DNA of 52,633 bases from positions 1-52,633 of the forward strand of contig JAHFDB010000001.1 in assembly GCA_023249195.1 (NCBI GenBank), written 5' to 3'. Origin of the DNA: a bacterium. GTDB taxonomy: Bacteria; Margulisbacteria; Marinamargulisbacteria; SXXA01; JAHFDB01. The translations under genes were made by a program, and so were the position numbers. Below the pieces are notes generated by a model. The model saw only the letters and a list, made by a program, of their open reading frames with translations, ran no database searches and was not told the origin of the DNA. Shown here one piece after another: positions 1 to 10,715 of the stretch. Numbering within the stretch: position 1 is the first letter of the stretch; the number at the start of each line of letters is the position of its first letter.

Positions 1-1
1 T

Positions 2-277
2 TTGAGACTTTCAGAAGACGAGCGTTTGAGCTATGAGCGCCACGTTAAAGCCAACCGTATTTCTAACAGTGTCTTAGAAACCTATTTTAGTGAGGGGCGT
101 TTTGAAGGTAAAGCTGAAGGGTTAGCTGAAGGATTGGTAAAGGGGGAAGCGAAAGGTAAGGCTGAAGCCGAGTCAAACTTGGTGAAAGCCATGTATCAAT
201 CCGGTGTTCCTGTGGAACAACTTGCACACTTTACAAGCTTACCACTGGCACGAATCAAGGATATCCTGAACATTTAA
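2..277 (+). CDS. Rpn-family recombination-promoting nuclease / putative transposase, C-terminal fragment (5' end outside window)
   Basis: The ORF is open to the window edge. It has a charged EGxAEG-type repeat (EGRFEGKAEGLAEGLVKGEAKGKAEAE) followed by a short HTH-like tail (GVPVEQLAHFTSLPLARIKDIL). This is the typical C-terminal tail of Rpn/YhgA-like proteins. Confidence 0.55.
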   Translation: MRLSEDERLSYERHVKANRISNSVLETYFSEGRFEGKAEGLAEGLVKGEAKGKAEAESNLVKAMYQSGVPVEQLAHFTSLPLARIKDILNI

Positions 278-353
278 TGTAATCTGGGTTAAAAACAGGA
301 TAACACTCTCTATACCGTCACTGGCCCATTACCAAACATGGAACTTGGGTCTG

Positions 354-381
354 TTGCGAAATATTGAAGTAATGCTACTAT
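354..381 (+). promoter_or_regulatory. Candidate sigma70-type promoter for the small ORF at 410
   Basis: TTGCGA (354-359), 16-nt spacer, TACTAT (376-381), with TGc immediately upstream (extended -10 like). Confidence 0.3.
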
Positions 382-409
382 GTACAGATCGTTTTTCAGG
401 AGGTGACAT

Positions 410-496
410 ATGGGAAGTTTGATCAAGAAAAGACGCAAGAAAATGCGTAAACATAAGTATAAAAAGTATGGACGTAAAATGAGAGCTAGAAAATAG
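410..496 (+). CDS. 28-aa highly basic protein, bS22-like (AURKAIP1/COX24-type small ribosomal protein)
   Basis: Not in the ORF track because it is too short. AGGAGG (398-403) lies 6 nt upstream of the ATG. Translation is MGSLIKKRRKKMRKHKYKKYGRKMRARK*. The MGS(V/L)IKKRRK(R/K)M opening matches the small basic bS22 family. Confidence 0.6.
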   Translation: MGSLIKKRRKKMRKHKYKKYGRKMRARK

Positions 497-497
497 C

Positions 498-1010
498 CTA
501 AAGTTTGCTCAGCAAAAAGAGTTCCATATCTCTTTGCATGGTTTTGAAAAAAGACAGTTTTTTATCCAATGGATCCACCAAAATTGTGTGGGTCCTGAGC
601 CAGTTTCCTGCAATAATATCCGTTAAGAGCTTGTCTCCTACAAAAAGACTTTTTTCAAGGTCAATATAGTGTTCTTTGATGAACTCTCTGATGCCCATGG
701 TGAAGGGCTTCATCGAGAAATAGAGCCCTGAGACGCCCATTTGCTCGGCAATTTTCTGAATGCGTCTGTGGCTGCTATTGTTTGACACGATATATACCGT
801 AAATCCTAATGATTTTACTTGTTCAATCCACTGCATTTTCTGCAGTGACAAGCTGCGTTTGTCGTAAGGAACGAGGGTGTTGTCAATATCGACAAACATC
901 ACGTGATAGCCTTTATATCTCAAAGCCTCCAAGGGGATATCTTCTACTGACTCGCAAATTTGGTTCGGTTGGAGAAGTGTTTTTATAATGTGGAAATAGT
1001 CTTTAATCAT
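498..1010 (-). CDS. yqeG: YqeG-family HAD-IIIA phosphatase
   Basis: Contains FVDIDNTL (DxDxT), VSNN and GDKLLTDIIAG motifs. Length is 170 aa. Confidence 0.8.
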   Translation of the reverse strand: MIKDYFHIIKTLLQPNQICESVEDIPLEALRYKGYHVMFVDIDNTLVPYDKRSLSLQKMQWIEQVKSLGFTVYIVSNNSSHRRIQKIAEQMGVSGLYFSMKPFTMGIREFIKEHYIDLEKSLFVGDKLLTDIIAGNWLRTHTILVDPLDKKLSFFKTMQRDMELFLLSKL

Positions 1011-1633
1011 GGTCGAATATGCGGCCTAAGCAGTGTCACCCATTCGATAATGGATGTGTACTTACTCTTGAGGCTTACAGAATTTGCAATAAGTCGGGCT
1101 GTAGATGTGAAAACCGTATCGATAATCGCCAAATGGTTTTCTTTTAAGGTTTTTCCCGTCGCGGTTAGGTCGCAGATAATATCAGATAGCCCCGTAATTG
1201 GTGCCAGTTCAATAGACCCATACAATTTGATTAAGGTTACCTTAAGTCCCTTCGATAAAAAGTAGGACTGGGTTGCATGTGGATATTTTGTGGCGACCGT
1301 CATGTGGTGAGAAAGCTCGGGCACATGATCTTCTAGGCCTGCCAGAATCAGGCTGCATTTCCCAAATTCCAGATCGAGGAGGACGGGATTGTGTGATTTT
1401 TTTTCGATGAGTACATCTTGTCCGACAATGCCTAGGTCTGCAGCCCCCTGGGCGACATAGACATCGACATCCCAAGGACGTACTTGAATAAGACGGATGC
1501 GCTTTGTGGTATCCCATGTGAAAAGTTTTCGACTGGTATTGAGGTCATCTTCAAAATGGATGCCCGCACGTTCAAAGAGAGTGACCGCTTCACCCAGCAA
1601 ATATCCTTTTGAAACGGCCAAAGTCAGGCTCAT
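1007..1633 (-). CDS. hisG: ATP phosphoribosyltransferase, short form
   Basis: MSLTLAVSKGYL N terminus and short (~208 aa) form, paired with hisZ. The ATG at 1633 forms an ATGA overlap with the hisZ stop codon. The ORF-track GTG at 1645 is less likely. Confidence 0.85.
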   Translation of the reverse strand: MSLTLAVSKGYLLGEAVTLFERAGIHFEDDLNTSRKLFTWDTTKRIRLIQVRPWDVDVYVAQGAADLGIVGQDVLIEKKSHNPVLLDLEFGKCSLILAGLEDHVPELSHHMTVATKYPHATQSYFLSKGLKVTLIKLYGSIELAPITGLSDIICDLTATGKTLKENHLAIIDTVFTSTARLIANSVSLKSKYTSIIEWVTLLRPHIRP

Positions 1634-2478
1634 TGCGATTTCCACTGAGACAACCGATTAAGATTGAATGCAAAACCAATAGCAGGGCATTTGAAACCAA
1701 ATTTTTCCATTAGGGTGTCATAACGCCCCCCAGAACCTACACTTTGGCGAACTGAGGGAATATAACATTCAAAAATGAGCCCTGTGTAGTAATGCAGTTC
1801 TTTGACAAGGCCTTGGTTAAAGTGGACATAGTGATCCAGTTTGTGAGACTTTAAATACGTGTAGACATGCGTAAGGCTTGGCGTGTTGGCGATTACTTCT
1901 TCCTTGCCTCGTTTTGGAATATAGCCCAAGTTTAAATAATCGCCTTTGACTAAGGCTTCTTTTTTGTCTTTTGGAAGCGTAGTGATAAAGTCGGTATGGC
2001 CAATATCAATACCAAAGTCTTTCACTCCCAAATTTTGTAGGGTTAAAATCATTAAATGAATCAGCTCGGCCTCTGCCTGGGGCCCTTCCGCCCCGATCAA
2101 TTCAACCCCACTTTGGAAGGTTTCAATGTCTTGTTCAAATACATTCACAGGTTGTCTGAACACGGCGTCTGAATAATAAAGTTTGAGTGGGAGCGCCGCA
2201 TTTTGCATGCGGGTAGCCACCAGCCTTGCGATGGGAATAGTGTGGTCGGGCCTGAGTACCAACAGCTGACCTGAAGGGTCAAAAAACTGAATGGCGGTAT
2301 GTTTAAACTGAGGACCCATCCCCACGCCTAACGCCTCGGAAAATTCTAAAGTAGGGGTTTGAATATGCTGATAGCCTTGAGTTTCAAAGGTTTTAGACAT
2401 ACTTTGAACAAGTTGCTGACGGTGTTGGGTTTCTTCGGGAACAAGGTCGCGAATACCAAGAGGAGTGAGTCTTTTCAT
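1630..2478 (-). CDS. hisZ: ATP phosphoribosyltransferase regulatory subunit
   Basis: HisRS-like catalytic-core paralogue (GIRDLVPEE, LEFSEAL, GGRYD) directly upstream of short hisG. Confidence 0.8.
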   Translation of the reverse strand: MKRLTPLGIRDLVPEETQHRQQLVQSMSKTFETQGYQHIQTPTLEFSEALGVGMGPQFKHTAIQFFDPSGQLLVLRPDHTIPIARLVATRMQNAALPLKLYYSDAVFRQPVNVFEQDIETFQSGVELIGAEGPQAEAELIHLMILTLQNLGVKDFGIDIGHTDFITTLPKDKKEALVKGDYLNLGYIPKRGKEEVIANTPSLTHVYTYLKSHKLDHYVHFNQGLVKELHYYTGLIFECYIPSVRQSVGSGGRYDTLMEKFGFKCPAIGFAFNLNRLSQWKSQ

Positions 2479-2504
2479 AAGGGGACCTATTCTACCATGA
2501 GGGG

Positions 2505-2533
2505 TTGTTATCGGCGAACCCCTTTGCTAGAAT
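2505..2533 (+). promoter_or_regulatory. Candidate promoter for tRNA-Leu(TAG)
   Basis: TTGTTA (2505-2510), 17-nt spacer, TAGAAT (2528-2533), about 40 nt upstream of the tRNA 5' end. Confidence 0.35.
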
Positions 2534-2573
2534 AAGTTCTGTTCAAAATTGAGACTAGCAGCAATGCAAACGT

Positions 2574-2658
2574 GCGCGAGTGGCGAAACTGGTAGACGCA
2601 CTAGACTTAGGATCTAGCGCCTTCGGGTGTGGGGGTTCGAGTCCCTTCTCGCGCACCA
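2574..2658 (+). tRNA. tRNA-Leu (anticodon TAG), CCA encoded
   Basis: Acceptor GCGCGAG/CTCGCGC, anticodon stem CTAGA/TCTAG with loop CTTAGGA, long variable arm, T-loop TTCGAGT, 3' ACCA. Confidence 0.9.
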
Positions 2659-2831
2659 ACTCGTTTCTAAAATCTAACGCAATTTGAGGCTAAAAAAGCC
2701 ATTTATATACCCCTGTTTTTTTGTGTTTTTGTGTTCGAGATTTACCCCCTTTGATCGAGTTGAAAATGTCGAACATTTGCCAAAAAACTCTCGGAAAAAC
2801 ATCCAATTATGCCAATAAGCGTGCCGACTAG

Positions 2832-4424
<1,593 letters not shown>

Positions 4425-4507
4425 AATAATCTCCTCGAGACATCTAATTTAAATTTTATTTCTGGCCACTAGTCTATTGTCGTTAAGAATGGTCAATTAA
4501 TTTCACA

Positions 4508-4534
4508 CCTTTTTGAGATGTTTTCTCAAAAGGG
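4508..4534. promoter_or_regulatory. 11-bp-stem palindrome/hairpin in a divergent intergenic region
   Basis: ccttttTGAGA tgttt TCTCAaaaggg forms 10 Watson-Crick pairs plus 1 G-T with a 5-nt loop. On the + strand it is followed by acatttttacttt. Confidence 0.4.
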
Positions 4535-4638
4535 ACATTTTTACTTTGCTGCTACATACAATGAAAACAGGTTGGATATTATGGTACTGACCTGTATTAT
4601 TGAATGTTAGATATTCGACTGCAAGATAAGGGCTATGG

Positions 4639-6048
4639 ATGTTTTTTTTAAAGATGCTTGCAACTACGCCTCGCGATTTTAGCCAGACTCTTGGGGATGT
4701 TCTGAAAAAACTCTCAGAACGAGAAGCCCACCTCCTTGCCGGCATATACCCAGACATTGCTGAAGCAGAACGACCTAATTTGTTAAAAAATGGCCTTGCT
4801 CTATTTGAAAATCTAACCGCCTCTCCAACTGAAATGGCCCCACATGTGGCACTTCACACGTTGCTGAATCAACAAAAGGCTATTGAAAAGTCTAGAATTG
4901 GGTATAGCGATGCATTTAAAAGCTATAGTCACGACGCCGTTGCCATTTGGTTTTACTATCGTGCCAATTCTATTCTTACCCATGACGATATGAGCTGTAT
5001 TGTCCGGCATTATCAACAAAGTCCGTTACGCAAAGAGGACGTATTGTGGTTTAAGAGAATCCTTGTCGAAGCCAACTTCAGAGATGAAAGTGATCCGGAT
5101 GTCGGGGTAGATGAACATGCTGATCGGGTATATCGTGAATTTAAAGAAGGGGTTGGTTCTGGACCTTTTAGTCCCTTTAGAGCGCTTGTACTTGAGTATC
5201 TGAAAAATAGCCAGGTTGTTCATGCTGTTCAAGTTGCTGGCAATTCAGGTGCGTTTCTTGAGGAAACACCTTCAGGCGAATGGTGTCTGAAAAAGTTGCC
5301 ACTCGCTGAGATTTTTGGGCCACCCGAGCAATCCGATCCCTTTTTGGTCCAATTACCCGTTGATGTTCAAGCGCTTTATCGTGAAGCGGGCACCCTGTCA
5401 CAGTTATATTCTCCAAAATTTTGGCGTGACAAAGGAAATGAAGCGCAGGCACAGCAGCTAGAAGCACTGGGACTCTGCGACAGCCTTGATTATGGCGCCC
5501 TTATTGCCACACTCTTTGAGCACGATGACGGCAAAGGCTTAGGTCCGCTTAATGGACTTCCTCAATTTGTGGTCGTGGGTGACTCACGACCCACTGAACT
5601 AGGATATCAGCACGAAATGGATGTCCCCCTTTCCGATTCCGCTATGAAACCTGGACAAATGATAGAAGGAACACCCAAAAAGGGGCTTTCTCAGTTCACT
5701 ATGACAGGTTTTCATGATTATTATATGAGTTATGTTTATGAAAAAAATCCTGGGACTACGCCTCCGGGATTAGGTTATTTGGTTCGGTATCATTCTGCTT
5801 ATATGTACCATCACCATTTAAAACTTGCTGAATTTGCAGACTCAACGGATTGGCTCATGTTGCCTCTGCTTCGTCTTTTTCAACAGTGTGATCTCTATTC
5901 TAAAACGAAGCCGACTGCCAAAGATTTAGCCACTTTATTTGAATTTTCTCTCAAAATTGAATCTGCCTATAGGGGTGTGCATAAACTGCCTGAAGGGGCT
6001 GATGTTATGACCCTTCGAATGAATTTCCCTGTTACTGTCACTGGCTAA
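4639..6048 (+). CDS. Hypothetical 469-aa protein (orphan)
   Basis: Long ORF divergent from 2832-4424. I recognise no domain. The start is uncertain: ATG at 4639 or at 4654. Confidence 0.7.
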   Translation: MFFLKMLATTPRDFSQTLGDVLKKLSEREAHLLAGIYPDIAEAERPNLLKNGLALFENLTASPTEMAPHVALHTLLNQQKAIEKSRIGYSDAFKSYSHDAVAIWFYYRANSILTHDDMSCIVRHYQQSPLRKEDVLWFKRILVEANFRDESDPDVGVDEHADRVYREFKEGVGSGPFSPFRALVLEYLKNSQVVHAVQVAGNSGAFLEETPSGEWCLKKLPLAEIFGPPEQSDPFLVQLPVDVQALYREAGTLSQLYSPKFWRDKGNEAQAQQLEALGLCDSLDYGALIATLFEHDDGKGLGPLNGLPQFVVVGDSRPTELGYQHEMDVPLSDSAMKPGQMIEGTPKKGLSQFTMTGFHDYYMSYVYEKNPGTTPPGLGYLVRYHSAYMYHHHLKLAEFADSTDWLMLPLLRLFQQCDLYSKTKPTAKDLATLFEFSLKIESAYRGVHKLPEGADVMTLRMNFPVTVTG

Positions 6049-6138
6049 ATATTTTCAATCAACCGTAATCCATACGCTTCGAGATCGCCTATTTTTAGCC
6101 TCATCACATTTATCCATTGCGTGTATAATTGAGTTCAT

Positions 6139-9100
6139 ATGAACTCTCTTGCCAGATGTCTTCTCGCCCTTGGTCTTTTTCTAATGTCACTGCCTGTCTA
6201 TGCTAACTCTCGGAGCCTTCTTTCTGGCACCGTGATTATTCAAAGCCAAGTCGCAGGCGATAATGCAGGAAAATCGGTTTTGTATGCCGGGGATATGTTT
6301 GGAAACAATTCGAATACCCTGCTGATTGGATCTCCGCAGGCGCCTGCCAGCAGTACCAAGGGGAAAGCCTATGTCTTGCCCTCGGTTACGGGAACATCCA
6401 GCCCTTTAGACATCGACAGCAGTCCCATTATTATCCAAGATGCCTCTAGTGGCACCTTTATTGGGAAGGTGTTGGCTGCCAATGGGGACTTGGATGGAGA
6501 CGGGAAAAAAGACCTTGTGGTGGCCTTGCCTGATGCGAACAAAATTTTGATTTATTTGGGCAAAAGTGCCTCGGGATGGGGAACGGCTGTGTCCTTAGCC
6601 TCTGCCAATGTGGTGATAGATGCAACACATAGTCCTGCCGCCTTGAACAAATCGTCAGAACAGCCCCCATGTGTATCGATAGGAGGAGATATCAACGGGG
6701 ACGGCTATGATGACCTGTTAATTGGAGCCGATGGAGTCAATAAAGCTTTTTTGATTTTAGGAAGACAAAACTTTTCGGCCTTGGGTCACGTGGATTTATC
6801 GAACCCTTCTTTACCCAGCGTGAACATGACCTTTTCAGGAGAAGTACCTTCCGATCATACGGGTTATAGCGTTGCCATTGTTCCAGACCTGAATGGGGAT
6901 GGTTTGGATGATATTTTAGTGGGATCTTATGACGCGTCCGGAAGTGGCATTGGGGAAAAAGTGAGTGTATTTTATGGAAAACGAACGGCATATCGGGATA
7001 TTTCTGTGGAACAGGTCGTAAGCGTGTCCAAAGCGGATGCGGTTTTAAAAAGCCCTGCGGGAGATGGCTCAGATGGATTTAGCGAACGTATTGCTGGCCT
7101 CGGAGATATCGACGGGGATGGATATGGAGACGTGTTGATTGGGGCCCCCAACGCCAGAAATCGGGCAGGGTCGCTTTATTTATATTATGGAGGGAAAGCC
7201 CGACCTTTGAATTCAGATACACAGACCTATGCCGCTGAATTTCGAGGTGTCTTTGCCAATACGCTCGCGGGATACCATGCGGTAAGTTCGGCAGGGGATT
7301 TGAATGGAGATTTGAAAAATGAATTTATTATTGGGAATTATCTGGCCAACAATTTGGATGGAAGAGCCTATGTTTGGATGGGTAAATCCGAGCGATTTAG
7401 CGGCATTTTATCGTTAAGCCAAGCCGACACTGAAATTGTGGGCCAGTTTCAAGCCCAGGCAGGATATAGTGTCAGTTCTGCAGGTGATATTAACAAAGAC
7501 GGCCGAGATGACCTGATGGTGGGGGCCCCAGGGGCAAATAGTTCAAAAGGGCTGGTGTCCATTTGGGTTTCCCCCAAAAATACCACGCCTAATACTCAAA
7601 CGGCTACCTTTCAAACTTTTAACGACGCTCACTATCAAACGGTGGCAACCACATTGAATATTTTGTCTAAACTCTATATCCAACTGAACGCCACAGACCA
7701 GGATGCCACCACCCCTAACACCGTCACTATATTGGCCCATTCTGGCTTTGTAAGCCGACCCATTCCTGTGCGTCTGTTCGAAACAGGGAATCATACAGGC
7801 ATTTTTCGAGGAAGCTTAACCTTGGTAAATACCCGGAGTTCAGAAAAAATACGGCAACTGGCTACAACCCCCAACCAAGATATCACCCTTACTACCCTTG
7901 ATCTTGCTTCCTCGGCAGTCGTCCATACACAAGATTCAACAGCAAGCCTCAATGGACTTTCCTTGGTGCAGGTGTCGACGGGAAATGCCACCCAAGTAAG
8001 AATAGACTATACCCTTTTTGATACTCAAGCGAGGCTGTGCACATGGGCACAAACAGCCTCACAAGTGCAGTTTTTAGACAGCTCTGGAAGCTGGAAGAAT
8101 GCCACCCTATCTGGAACTCGGGTGGGGGTTGGTTCGCTCGAAATTGGGCAGACGCACTCGGCCCAATTTCAGCCCTTGGTCTGGGAAGCGGGTCAGGATC
8201 ACTCGACGGAAGGCACCTTTCACTTTCGAATGAAAATCTATAACAGCTTTGGGGGTTCGTCTTATGTTACAAGCAATGCCTTTGTGATTGTCAATTCTCC
8301 GCCTGCTGCACCTGTTATTTCAACTATGTCCGTGAAAACCGCTTTTAACATCACCGTTACAGGCAACGCCGAAGCCAACGTAGGCATTCGGATTTTTGTA
8401 GCCGATACGGAAGGAACCCATCCTGTTTTATCGGCCAGTGTGACAGCAAACTCTTTAGGCATCTTTAGTGCATTTCCCGTTCAGGTATCCCCCACCCGAA
8501 ACCGACTTTTTGCCGTGGCCAAAAATGCCTTCGGATTTAGCTCGCTATCTTCTACTATCCGCCTTATACAGTTTCAGTCTTCCCCTGTCTCTGTTCACTC
8601 AGGAACCCTCACAGGAACGGTGTCTCTTCCCCTCGCTTCCGCACCCAGCGATGTCCCCTTAGGGCTGACTCAAAAAACACTCCCAAGCGTGACTGTTTCG
8701 CCTCCCCAGTTTTATCGTTATCTGACTGTATTTGATTTAGGATATAATGGCATTCCTTCGGTTAATTTATCTGCCCCTGCAGTGGTTTATTTGAACCTAG
8801 AAACCCCTCTTTCCTCAACTTCAAACGTGGTGCTTCGAAGGTGGGATCCCGTTCAGAACGCATGGGTTTCAAGAGGCATTTCTAACGTCACTATAGCGCC
8901 CTCTTTTCTCCAATTTTCAACCACCCATTTATCTGAATTTAGCGTGGTCGATTTAATTGATAAGACAGCCCCTGCACTAGGCCCCATTCGTATAGATGGC
9001 GAGCCCGTTATTTCGGGTAAATTCTATGGGAAAACACCCCTTATTCAAGTGGCTCTTTCTGACTCTGATTCTGGCATTGCGACGTGGTCTATTCAGCTTA

Positions 9101-9591
9101 GAACACTGACCGGAGCCATCGTCACCCAAAACAGTGCGTCTGGACTGAAAGCAACACGAAACTTTGATATCCAAATAAGGCCAAGTTCCCCACTGGCCGA
9201 TGGAGATTACTCAATCAACGTTTCTGCGCAAGACAATAGCATTTTTAGTACCACCAGCTATGTCACTTTTAGTGTCACTTCTAGCCAGTTTTTATTTGAT
9301 ATACTCGCCGCTCCAAACCCCTATAATCCAGACAAGGACAGTGTCCTTATCGGATACACCCTCTCACAGCAAGCCGATGAACTGCAGCTTTACTGGGTCA
9401 ATTTAAGAGGTGATATTCTCTGGCATGCAACCGCCGAAGGGGTTTTTCTGATGCCGGGATACCACGCTTATCGCTGGGATGGTCACAGTGCTGGGTCGGC
9501 ATTGTCGAATGGGGCTTATTTTATCTATGGCGTAGCCAAACGCCATGGAAATGAGAAAAAAGCCAAGTTTAAAATGGGGGTATTGAGGTGA
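6139..9591 (+). CDS. Secreted 1150-aa FG-GAP (integrin-alpha-like) beta-propeller protein with Ig-like middle region and FlgD-Ig/T9SS-CTD-like C terminus
   Basis: Signal peptide MNSLARCLLALGLFLMSLPVYA. About seven D-x-[DN]-G-D-G-x-x-D-[LV]-[LV]-[IV]-G-[AS] blades, for example DINGDGYDDLLIGA, DLNGDGLDDILVGS and DIDGDGYGDVLIGA. The C terminus reads APNPYNP...GYHAYRWDG...SNGAYFIYGVA. Confidence 0.85.
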   Translation: MNSLARCLLALGLFLMSLPVYANSRSLLSGTVIIQSQVAGDNAGKSVLYAGDMFGNNSNTLLIGSPQAPASSTKGKAYVLPSVTGTSSPLDIDSSPIIIQDASSGTFIGKVLAANGDLDGDGKKDLVVALPDANKILIYLGKSASGWGTAVSLASANVVIDATHSPAALNKSSEQPPCVSIGGDINGDGYDDLLIGADGVNKAFLILGRQNFSALGHVDLSNPSLPSVNMTFSGEVPSDHTGYSVAIVPDLNGDGLDDILVGSYDASGSGIGEKVSVFYGKRTAYRDISVEQVVSVSKADAVLKSPAGDGSDGFSERIAGLGDIDGDGYGDVLIGAPNARNRAGSLYLYYGGKARPLNSDTQTYAAEFRGVFANTLAGYHAVSSAGDLNGDLKNEFIIGNYLANNLDGRAYVWMGKSERFSGILSLSQADTEIVGQFQAQAGYSVSSAGDINKDGRDDLMVGAPGANSSKGLVSIWVSPKNTTPNTQTATFQTFNDAHYQTVATTLNILSKLYIQLNATDQDATTPNTVTILAHSGFVSRPIPVRLFETGNHTGIFRGSLTLVNTRSSEKIRQLATTPNQDITLTTLDLASSAVVHTQDSTASLNGLSLVQVSTGNATQVRIDYTLFDTQARLCTWAQTASQVQFLDSSGSWKNATLSGTRVGVGSLEIGQTHSAQFQPLVWEAGQDHSTEGTFHFRMKIYNSFGGSSYVTSNAFVIVNSPPAAPVISTMSVKTAFNITVTGNAEANVGIRIFVADTEGTHPVLSASVTANSLGIFSAFPVQVSPTRNRLFAVAKNAFGFSSLSSTIRLIQFQSSPVSVHSGTLTGTVSLPLASAPSDVPLGLTQKTLPSVTVSPPQFYRYLTVFDLGYNGIPSVNLSAPAVVYLNLETPLSSTSNVVLRRWDPVQNAWVSRGISNVTIAPSFLQFSTTHLSEFSVVDLIDKTAPALGPIRIDGEPVISGKFYGKTPLIQVALSDSDSGIATWSIQLRTLTGAIVTQNSASGLKATRNFDIQIRPSSPLADGDYSINVSAQDNSIFSTTSYVTFSVTSSQFLFDILAAPNPYNPDKDSVLIGYTLSQQADELQLYWVNLRGDILWHATAEGVFLMPGYHAYRWDGHSAGSALSNGAYFIYGVAKRHGNEKKAKFKMGVLR

Positions 9592-10715
9592 ACCGCTTGT
9601 GGGGGATCCCCCTCATGATTGGGCTGACTCTGAGTACCACCCTTACCTGGGCTGCCATTGAATTTAACAGTCAAAAATTTGGAGTGCGAGCCCTGGGAAT
9701 GGGCGGGGCTTATACCGCCATCGCCCAAGGACCCGATGCTGTGTTTTATAACGGAGCCGTCAGGCCCCAGACCGAATTTACGACTTTGAGCATCGAAAGT
9801 GGGGCTCATCTTGGAGTTTCGTTCTATACTTTGGCTGCTGAAAACCCGTTTTCATTGTCTTGGCTAAGGCTAGGGCTTATGAGTACAGGGATCGACGGCT
9901 TTCAAGAATCGGTTGTCAATGCCAATACGCAACCAGAGCTGACGGGAAATACCTTCGCATACGGCCTTCAGTCTCTTTATTGCAGCGTTCAGACTTCTTG
10001 GATGGCGTTAGATATCGCCCTTCATGGAAATGTGGTCCTAGAAACCCTAAATGGGGCTTCTTCAAAATCGCTCAGCATGGGGATATCCGGATTCTATGTG
10101 TTTCAAAATAGTCCTGTGCCTCTACAAATGGGTGTGAGCTTTAAAAATTTTCTTTCTACCGGACAGCTCTGGAGCACAGGCCATCAAGACCCTATTGATC
10201 CTATTTTGACCACAGGCATTAAGACAACCCTTTTGGAAAACAAGCTCACTTCAGCCCTTGATTTTGAAATTGACCCTCACTATATCCGTTATTTTTGGGG
10301 GACCGAATATCTGCTTATGGCTGACCCTCTGCAAGAAACGGCTTATTTTATTCGAGGAGGCGTTAGAAATAGCGATTTAACCTTAGGACTGGGTATTCAG
10401 CTGGCCTTTATTGAGTTAAATTATGCCTATGTACAGCCCCATGACTCTTTTGAAGAAGTGGAACACCGGCTTTCTGTTTGTTGGCAATTTAGACCGCCCC
10501 GATCGAGGGCCCCTATTCTTGAGGCGCCTTCCTCTGTTTATCCTATTTCTCCTGTTTCTGAGTATGAAACAGAGGGTTTAACTCCCACAGTTGCAACCCC
10601 TAATGCCACTTTTCCAGAAATCTTTCCAGAACAATGGAAGCAAGATGTCATTCAGCCATTAGGTGTCCCTCCCAAGATAGATCCTAACGAATTTTCAACG
10701 CCACATGCCCTCTGA
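9588..10715 (+). CDS. Putative outer-membrane beta-barrel protein, PorV/PorQ-like, with Pro-rich C-terminal tail
   Basis: GTGA start/stop overlap with the upstream gene. Signal peptide present. The N-terminal motif [26 protein letters not shown] is typical of PorV/PorQ/UPF0164-type barrels. The sequence shows alternating beta-strand-like character. Confidence 0.5.
   Translation: MNRLWGIPLMIGLTLSTTLTWAAIEFNSQKFGVRALGMGGAYTAIAQGPDAVFYNGAVRPQTEFTTLSIESGAHLGVSFYTLAAENPFSLSWLRLGLMSTGIDGFQESVVNANTQPELTGNTFAYGLQSLYCSVQTSWMALDIALHGNVVLETLNGASSKSLSMGISGFYVFQNSPVPLQMGVSFKNFLSTGQLWSTGHQDPIDPILTTGIKTTLLENKLTSALDFEIDPHYIRYFWGTEYLLMADPLQETAYFIRGGVRNSDLTLGLGIQLAFIELNYAYVQPHDSFEEVEHRLSVCWQFRPPRSRAPILEAPSSVYPISPVSEYETEGLTPTVATPNATFPEIFPEQWKQDVIQPLGVPPKIDPNEFSTPHAL

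Noticed and set aside
1242-1517. 91-aa minus-strand ORF inside hisG
   Set aside because: It is an alternative frame of a gene with a clear HisG translation. Its Arg/Cys/Pro-rich product is typical of an out-of-frame artefact.
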